Source: an uncultured Candidatus Saccharibacteria bacterium
GTDB lineage: Bacteria > Patescibacteriota > Minisyncoccia > Phycocordibacterales > UBA9973
Length of the DNA stretch: 64,000 nt
Reading direction: 5' to 3'
Assembly: GCA_964423445.1 (NCBI GenBank)
Contig: CAYREQ010000001.1
Span: 1,732 to 65,731, forward strand
Part shown: piece after piece, positions 58,336-64,000 of the stretch
Numbering within the stretch: the stretch's first letter is position 1
Layout: every line of letters starts with the position of its first letter
The notes under the pieces: generated by a model
Databases searched by the model: none
What the model saw: only the letters and a program-made list of their open reading frames with translations
Told to the model about the DNA's origin: nothing
Translations under genes and position numbers: made by a program

Positions 58336-58485
58336 AAGACGGAGGCATAATTCGTGAGTACACGAATAGCCGAGTCCGGGTCTGGAAAATTTTCTTTTGA
58401 CGAAAAGAAAATTATTGTGGACCACGTAAAAAAAGAACCGCCTGAGAACGCGGTTCTCAGGCGGGGTTTTGTGACTGATTTATGT

Positions 58486-59196
58486 TTAGTCGAAATTATA
58501 TCTCTTCTTTGTTCGAAAAAGGTACTTATTGTCTACATTACCTGGGTAAGTATAGACTTGATTTAAATTACCATTAAGATACCCAAGATGATAATTTTCA
58601 TATTTACCTACGGCAAACATGACTGGGTTACCGATTTTTATCGGCACCATGGCAATGTCAAGTGATTCGTTGATTTTCTCTAGATCAAATTTTGGATCAG
58701 CGAGAATTTCTAGAATATCTCCAGACAAACAAGGCTCGAGCTCGTATTTTGGAGCAGCAGCCAAGAGCTCTCTTTGGGTCCAGTTTCCCGGGTATAACCC
58801 GAGCTCTCTCGGCGAGACGGCAGCAAAATATACTTCTTCTTTGCGGTCATTGAACTTGATTTGTTCTTCGAGTTCGAGCAGGTCGAGCGGTACATGCTCA
58901 CTATAAGATATCTCAAAACCTCTTTTGAGAATTTTGTCCACCAAAATCTTTAAAGGCTTTTTAGTTCCAATGTTTGCCTTCGTCCAAATGTTTTTTTCCC
59001 ATCGAGATGGAATTATCCAAGATTGTTGTTTGCGGAGAAATTTATTAAATTCATCCAGCCACATCCTTCCGTTTTCACCGGAGAGATTTACGTTGAGTTG
59101 GTTTAACGGTCCCTGAGCTTCAGAGAGCGTCACTTGAGTGTTTTTCATATTTTTTAAACAGTCAATATATTCTTTTGAAGAACCATACCTGTACAT
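58486..59196 (-). CDS. hypothetical protein
   Basis: 236-aa ORF with no recognisable motif and a weak ribosome-binding site; the start is uncertain. Confidence 0.35.
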   Translation of the reverse strand: MYRYGSSKEYIDCLKNMKNTQVTLSEAQGPLNQLNVNLSGENGRMWLDEFNKFLRKQQSWIIPSRWEKNIWTKANIGTKKPLKILVDKILKRGFEISYSEHVPLDLLELEEQIKFNDRKEEVYFAAVSPRELGLYPGNWTQRELLAAAPKYELEPCLSGDILEILADPKFDLEKINESLDIAMVPIKIGNPVMFAVGKYENYHLGYLNGNLNQVYTYPGNVDNKYLFRTKKRYNFD

Positions 59197-59250
59197 ACGT
59201 AACTGTTTGTACTTTGTAGTCCAAATAAAAATTACTATAGTTTAAGGTTT

Positions 59251-59532
59251 TTGTACAGTACAAATAAATTAAGGTATAATTTTTTCATGACTCAAATTTC
59301 AAGTGGCACAGTGCATGAAATTCCAGAAGATTTTAAAAAATCTATAAATTTAGACAAAAAAGTGTTTTTATTATGGCAAGACATTACACCACTAGCACGC
59401 AATGAGTGGATTTGCTGGGTTATCTCTCCTAAAAAAATAGAGACTAGAAAAATTCGAATTGAAAAAGCTATATCAAAAATGAGAGGAGGAATGCGTAGGC
59501 CATGCTGCTGGGCTGGATGCACGCATAGGTAA
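59251..59532 (+). CDS. YdeI/OmpD-associated (OmdA-like) family small protein
   Basis: LWQDITPLARNEWICWVISPKKIETRKIRIEKAI matches the C-terminal conserved block of that family as recalled; the start may be the ATG at 59287. Confidence 0.4.
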   Translation: MYSTNKLRYNFFMTQISSGTVHEIPEDFKKSINLDKKVFLLWQDITPLARNEWICWVISPKKIETRKIRIEKAISKMRGGMRRPCCWAGCTHR

Positions 59533-59538
59533 TTATAT

Positions 59539-60477
59539 TTACTTTGCGTGGATAGCGAGATATATATCTTCTAGGGCTCGGACGGCGTCGCCAGCGGCTA
59601 TATTGTTTTGATGATAGAGGACATCAGTGCAATCTCCAGCAGCCCAGACTCCCTCTACTTCAGTTTTTTGATTGAGTGGATTTATTTTTACACGGCCAAT
59701 AGCATCTAGTGGCACCAAGTCTTTAGCAAAACTCGTATTTGGTATTTGACCGACTTCTACGAACACACCCGAGACTTTTAATTCATGTTGTTCGCCAGTC
59801 ACAGAGTCTTTGTATAATAGACCTTCTACAAATTTTTCTCCTTGGATTTCTAAAATTTCTACATTTTTAATCGCTTTCATTTTTGGGTTTTTCAAAACTT
59901 TTTCTACTGTGATTTCATCTGCTCGAAAATCTCCACGAGAAAGTAAGGTCACAGATTTACAGTAGGCGAGTAGCTGAGAAGCAGATTCAAATCCAGCATT
60001 TCCTCCACCGACTACGACTACATCCATATCACTGAATAAAGGTCCATCACAAGAGGCACAATAGGTGAGTCCTTTGTGTTCCAAGGTATCAGCATTTTTA
60101 GCTTCCAATTTTCGGCGTCCACTACCGCTAGCTATCAAAACAGTCTTACTTGAAAATTCTTTTCCAGATTCTGTTTTTACTTTGAAATTGCTATCGCCAT
60201 TTGCATCTTTTTCAAGACCAGATACTTTTTCTCCTTCTTTTACTTCTAAGGTTTGTCCTTCCCCTGTATTTGCCAAGACATGGTTTTTAAAACTTTGCGC
60301 TAAATCATTTCCGGATATGGAGTTAGTACCTATCCAATTATAAATTTGCTCAGAGACGATAGATTGTCCACCCCACTCATGAATTAGCATAAGCGTGTTC
60401 AATCTCTTGCGTGCAGCATATACAGCGGCAGCTGTACCTGCAGGACCTCCTCCAATAATTATCAAATCGTATGTCAT
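59539..60477 (-). CDS. trxB: thioredoxin-disulfide reductase
   Basis: FAD motif DLIIIGGGPAGTAAAVYAAR; redox-active CASCDG; NADPH motif VVVVGGGNAGFE. Confidence 0.9.
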   Translation of the reverse strand: MTYDLIIIGGGPAGTAAAVYAARKRLNTLMLIHEWGGQSIVSEQIYNWIGTNSISGNDLAQSFKNHVLANTGEGQTLEVKEGEKVSGLEKDANGDSNFKVKTESGKEFSSKTVLIASGSGRRKLEAKNADTLEHKGLTYCASCDGPLFSDMDVVVVGGGNAGFESASQLLAYCKSVTLLSRGDFRADEITVEKVLKNPKMKAIKNVEILEIQGEKFVEGLLYKDSVTGEQHELKVSGVFVEVGQIPNTSFAKDLVPLDAIGRVKINPLNQKTEVEGVWAAGDCTDVLYHQNNIAAGDAVRALEDIYLAIHAK

Positions 60478-60598
60478 ATCTATATATTATACACTATTAG
60501 TCAAATTTTTAAATTATATTGACAAAATTGCGTTTTAAATGTATAAACTAGAAGTAGTTGGTTCTTTATTTTTCAATCCACAAGAAGGAGAAAGTGTA

Positions 60599-60886
60599 AT
60601 GGATATGGATATTACAAAAAGACAGGCTTTGCAACAGCGGTTCTTGAATCGCATGATCAAGGGCGCCGGCGGAAAGGAAAAATTTGATTCGGTATTATTT
60701 CTTTTCGATGCGTATCCGAGCTACGCCGAAGAGGTCGGTAAGAGGATTTTCGAAGAAGTCGAAGCGTTGGAAAATTCAGCCATCGCGGAGGATGAGCAGG
60801 ACGAATTTTCTCGCCAGATGAACGATGTCGCGAGAGCTAAGGGGCTCAACCTCGATGACCCCAGGAACAGTATGATGTTTCCTTAG
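60599..60886 (+). CDS. hypothetical acidic protein, GC-rich relative to its neighbours
   Basis: Ribosome-binding site AAGGAGAAAG before the ATG at 60599; strong terminator immediately downstream. Confidence 0.4.
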   Translation: MDMDITKRQALQQRFLNRMIKGAGGKEKFDSVLFLFDAYPSYAEEVGKRIFEEVEALENSAIAEDEQDEFSRQMNDVARAKGLNLDDPRNSMMFP

Positions 60887-60896
60887 TTTTAATATC

Positions 60897-60940
60897 AAAA
60901 GGGCGGTTCGTGCATTGCACGAACCGCCCTAAGTTTTTTT
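60897..60940. terminator. bidirectional terminator gggcggttcgtgc-attg-cacgaaccgccc plus a T-run, between the 60599 ORF and ftsZ
   Basis: Perfect 13-bp GC-rich stem. Confidence 0.75.
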
Positions 60941-60956
60941 ATATTTAATTTACTAA

Positions 60957-62162
60957 TTATTTCTTTCGGCGTAAAAATGCAGGGACAGCACTCCAATCAT
61001 CAGCATCATCGTCTATTATTATATCTTCTACTACATTTGTAGGCTTTCGGATAAAGTCATTTGTTGGCTTTGGAGTATTTTGTATTGTATTAGTGATTTC
61101 TTTTTTTGCTTGAGCTACGTTTTCTTCTTTTAATACAGTTTGATTTGAAGTTAGTCCGATACTACCAAAAAGACTTTTCTTTGGAGCGTCAGTAGGGAAT
61201 GATGTAGCTATCACAGTGACTTTTAATTCTCCCTTTTTCAACTTTTCATCACGAATAGTACCAAAGATAACTTTTGCATCTTTGTCTATTGATTCTGTGA
61301 TTATTTTTGCAGCTTCTTGGATTTCTTGGATTGTTAGGTCGTCTCCACCAGATACAGCAAAGAGTACTCCTCGTGCTCCATGTATAGATACTTCAAGGAG
61401 AGGGGAATTTATAGCTCCAAGAGCCGCCTTTTCAGCACGCTTGTCTCCTGATGCAGTACCGATACCCATAAGTGCACTACCAGCATCTTGCATCACAGCT
61501 TTGATATCTGCAAAGTCTACGTTTATGATACCTGGAGTAGTGATAAGGTTTGAGATACCTTCCACAGCTTGGCGAAGTACATCGTCGGCACTAGCGAAAG
61601 CATCTTTGAAATTTGTATTTTTGTCAGCTAATTGTAAAAGCTTGTCATTTGGTATTACGATTATCGCATCTACTTCTTTTGAAAGATTTTCTAGTCCAGC
61701 TTCAGCTATTTTCATGCGGTGATTACCTTCAAAGAAGAAAGGTTTTGTAGTGACAGCCACAGTCAGTATGCCTTGTTCTTTAGCTGCACGAGCTACGATA
61801 GGAGCAGCACCAGTACCTGTACCTCCTCCCATTCCACAAGCGATAAATATCATGTCTGCGCCCTTGATGACATCTTGGATTTCAGATTTTGTTTCTTCAG
61901 CTGCTTTTTTACCGACTTCTGGGTCCATTCCAGCACCTAAGCCCTTTGTGAGGTTCTTTCCAATGTGGATCTTTTTTTCTGCTTTTGAGTGATGTAAATC
62001 CTGAGTATCAGTATTCATACAAATAAATGAAATACCTTGTACTTTTGAATTTATCATGTGGTTTACAGCGTTTTTACCGGAACCACCTATTCCTACTACC
62101 ATTATACGAGCAAAGCTCTCTATTTCTTGGTTTACTTTTGGCATATTTTTTCTTACCCTCAA
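60957..62162 (-). CDS. ftsZ: cell division protein FtsZ
   Basis: GGGTGTGAAP tubulin signature and N-terminal VVGIGGSGKNAVNHM. Confidence 0.9.
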   Translation of the reverse strand: MRVRKNMPKVNQEIESFARIMVVGIGGSGKNAVNHMINSKVQGISFICMNTDTQDLHHSKAEKKIHIGKNLTKGLGAGMDPEVGKKAAEETKSEIQDVIKGADMIFIACGMGGGTGTGAAPIVARAAKEQGILTVAVTTKPFFFEGNHRMKIAEAGLENLSKEVDAIIVIPNDKLLQLADKNTNFKDAFASADDVLRQAVEGISNLITTPGIINVDFADIKAVMQDAGSALMGIGTASGDKRAEKAALGAINSPLLEVSIHGARGVLFAVSGGDDLTIQEIQEAAKIITESIDKDAKVIFGTIRDEKLKKGELKVTVIATSFPTDAPKKSLFGSIGLTSNQTVLKEENVAQAKKEITNTIQNTPKPTNDFIRKPTNVVEDIIIDDDADDWSAVPAFLRRKK

Positions 62163-62232
62163 AGAGGCTTAAATTATTAACATTTTGTCTTGTATAAAAA
62201 CATACTACCACTAGGGTAAAAAAAAGCAACGC

Positions 62233-63396
62233 TTAGGGCATGAGCTGTTTCATGCTGGATTTCAAGAGACTTTTTAGGTTATTTAATAGACCACTAAAAG
62301 AATTTGAAGAGTATCCTGTGCCATCTCTACTAGATATCAAAAGTCCAATCACAGTGAACCAAGAAGGATCACGAAGTTTGGTTTTTATGTTTCCAAAAAT
62401 TTCTGTATTACCAATACTGCATGGAAGCTTGAGTGTAGATTTTGCTAATTCTTCTAGTTTGGAAATATTTGCACCACCACCGACAAAAATAATACCAGCA
62501 GGTAATAATTCGGATCTTTTTAATTTTTTCAAATTATTTTCTATAGATTCAAAAATATCACAGAGTCTAGCTTCGATAATTTCATCTGTTTTCTTTTTTG
62601 AAAATTCTTCGGTGTCATGTCCTTGCTTTAAAGACTCTGCTTTTTCAAGTGGAATTTTAAAACCGAGAGCTAGGTCATTTGTAATGTCACAAGAACCGAT
62701 AGAAAAAGTTTGTACTGATATCAAATTTCCATTATCAAAGACAGATAGGGATGTAGTCTCAGCGCCTATATTTACCAAGGCCACACCGACAATCTTTTGT
62801 CTTTCAGTCAATATTATATTTGATAAGGCTATGGGTGAAGCGATGACATCTATGGTCTCTATACCAGCCCTAGCAAGGACATTTATCAAATCCTCCAAAT
62901 GCTGTACAGAGTATGTGACAAACAGAGCTTTGACTTCGAGCTTTGTACCTCGCATGCCGTCTATGCGCCCCATAACTTCTTTTCCATCTAGCTTGAAAGA
63001 TACAGGGTAGACCTGAATTACTTTTTTATTATTTAAATTTAAATTATCTTCGGCGTCTTGGAGAGCTCTATTTATATCTAGATTTGTGACCTCGCCATTT
63101 GCTTTTGAGATGATTGCTTCGCCGGTATTGTTTTCACTTTTTAAACTGACACCACTGACAGAAAGGAAAGCTCTCTTTATTTTTATTCCAGAAGTTTTTT
63201 CTGCTTGAGCTACAGCATTTTGTAGAGATTTTATGACAGAAGTAGAGTCTACGATGTAGCCATGTCGAAGACCAGCGCTCGGAGATTCTCCAACGCCAAT
63301 AATTTTAGGATTTTTTTCTCCTCCTATGAATTCTCCCACTACGACTCGCGTCGTCTGAGAGCCGATGTCTATTCCCACTGAAATACTTCTTATCAT
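62233..63396 (-). CDS. ftsA: cell division protein FtsA
   Basis: SVGIDIGSQTTRVVVGEF with actin-fold motifs. The track ORF begins at a GTG (63426), so the ATG at 63396 is preferred; either start overlaps the ybeY 3' end. Confidence 0.85.
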   Translation of the reverse strand: MIRSISVGIDIGSQTTRVVVGEFIGGEKNPKIIGVGESPSAGLRHGYIVDSTSVIKSLQNAVAQAEKTSGIKIKRAFLSVSGVSLKSENNTGEAIISKANGEVTNLDINRALQDAEDNLNLNNKKVIQVYPVSFKLDGKEVMGRIDGMRGTKLEVKALFVTYSVQHLEDLINVLARAGIETIDVIASPIALSNIILTERQKIVGVALVNIGAETTSLSVFDNGNLISVQTFSIGSCDITNDLALGFKIPLEKAESLKQGHDTEEFSKKKTDEIIEARLCDIFESIENNLKKLKRSELLPAGIIFVGGGANISKLEELAKSTLKLPCSIGNTEIFGNIKTKLRDPSWFTVIGLLISSRDGTGYSSNSFSGLLNNLKSLLKSSMKQLMP

Positions 63397-63769
63397 ATTT
63401 TTTTTCTCTTCTCTCCATTGTATCACTATGGTCCATACCTTTCAAATGAAGCATTCCGTGTATAACTAAGAATCCCAAGAATTCAGGAAATGTTTTGTCA
63501 AAATCTTTGGCCTCACGCTTTACCACAGCGGGGCAGAGCACGAGCTCGCCCTCATTTTTATGTAAACGGAAAGATAAAACATTTGTAGATTTGTTTTTAC
63601 CACGATAGAGATTGTTTAATCTCTTGGAAGTGTTTTCATCTACATAAGCCACAGATAAAATGTATTTTTTTCCTAGAATATCATTTTTTATTTTCACAAA
63701 AGGCAAGCTTGGTAGCTTGCCTTTTGTTTTATTTATTATTGAAAAGTTTTCTTCAATCATTTTGCGCAA
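63305..63769 (-). CDS. ybeY: endoribonuclease YbeY
   Basis: HGMLHLKGMDH matches the H3xH5xH zinc motif. Confidence 0.8.
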   Translation of the reverse strand: MRKMIEENFSIINKTKGKLPSLPFVKIKNDILGKKYILSVAYVDENTSKRLNNLYRGKNKSTNVLSFRLHKNEGELVLCPAVVKREAKDFDKTFPEFLGFLVIHGMLHLKGMDHSDTMERREKKYDKKYFSGNRHRLSDDASRSGRIHRRRKKS

Positions 63770-63997
63770 TTATTTCATCTTGCCTAGTTTTTTGAGCTTC
63801 TCGATTTCTTTTCTTCGGCTCATTCTCTTTAGGGCACTTCTCTTTAATTTGAGTTTTGATTCTTGTCTCAAATTGTAACGATTCTTTTTTACGTTACGAA
63901 CTATGCCTGATTCTTGCATTTTACGAGTAAAACGGCGCAAAATACTTGCGTTGTTTTCGTTTGGGTTTTTTTCTACTTTTATTACTGCTTTTGCCAT
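63770..63997 (-). CDS. rpsU: 30S ribosomal protein S21
   Basis: MAKAVIKVEKN...LRRFTRK...KRSALKRMSRRKE. Confidence 0.85.
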   Translation of the reverse strand: MAKAVIKVEKNPNENNASILRRFTRKMQESGIVRNVKKNRYNLRQESKLKLKRSALKRMSRRKEIEKLKKLGKMK

Positions 63998-64000
63998 GTA

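Noticed and set aside
58354-58566. 70-aa plus-strand ORF after tRNA-Glu
   Set aside because: It starts inside or just after the tRNA terminator region, overlaps the 3' end of the minus-strand 58486-59196 ORF, and has no ribosome-binding site. It is most likely spurious.
58486-59196. Possibility that the 236-aa minus-strand ORF is an integrase linked to the tRNA-Glu fragment
   Set aside because: There is no R..H..R..Y tyrosine-recombinase or serine-recombinase signature in the translation. It is left as a hypothetical protein.
1-64000. CRISPR arrays, rRNA genes, integrases/transposases, reverse transcriptases (DGR), restriction-modification or toxin-antitoxin pairs
   Set aside because: I looked for regularly spaced direct repeats, rRNA-like conserved stretches, DDE/tyrosine-recombinase motifs, the RT YxDD motif and small paired ORFs. 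I did not see any, though I cannot exclude them without a search tool.

Overview
This is an AT-rich (roughly one-third GC by eye), gene-dense bacterial window coded almost entirely by housekeeping genes. The content includes a partial infB, iscS-like cysteine desulfurase, clpB, tRNA-Tyr, uppS, typA, mltG, mnmA, a short alaS, the infA-rpmJ-rpsM-rpsK-rpsD-rpoA-rplQ block with rplM-rpsI, grpE/dnaK/dnaJ, cysS, rplU, recR, dnaB, trpS, aspS, prs, pepN, scpAB, mraY, murF, tRNA-Glu, trxB, ftsZ/ftsA, ybeY and rpsU. Several traits are typical of a reduced Candidate-Phyla-Radiation/Patescibacteria-type genome, and this is inference only. IF-2 lacks its N-terminal extension, AlaRS is 583 aa with no C-Ala domain, no hrcA or CIRCE is present, and there are many tiny intergenic gaps. 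Standard genetic code appears to be in use. No rRNA, CRISPR array, integrase or transposase was found. The sequence shows seven unusual things. (1) A roughly 36-nt GC-rich core occurs three times, each copy embedded in a perfect copy-specific hairpin made from an inverted duplication of the local flank. One copy sits in-frame inside mnmA and two bracket dnaB. (2) A GC-rich three-gene operon (acidic peptide, STAS anti-sigma-antagonist, basic peptide) with a near-consensus promoter lies next to tRNA-Glu and a tRNA-Glu fragment. (3) Two paralogous FtsK/HerA/VirD4-like ATPases are inserted between dnaK and dnaJ. (4) A proteasome-beta/HslV-like Thr-protease with a small partner ORF follows rpsI. 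(5) A 12-codon leader ORF plus terminator sits in front of aspS. (6) A TrpR/YerC-like regulator with an elaborate palindromic operator, a small GC-rich peptide ORF, a run of five hairpins and an unusual Fe-S enzyme cluster together. (7) A large Cys-rich zinc-ribbon protein lies beside grpE.
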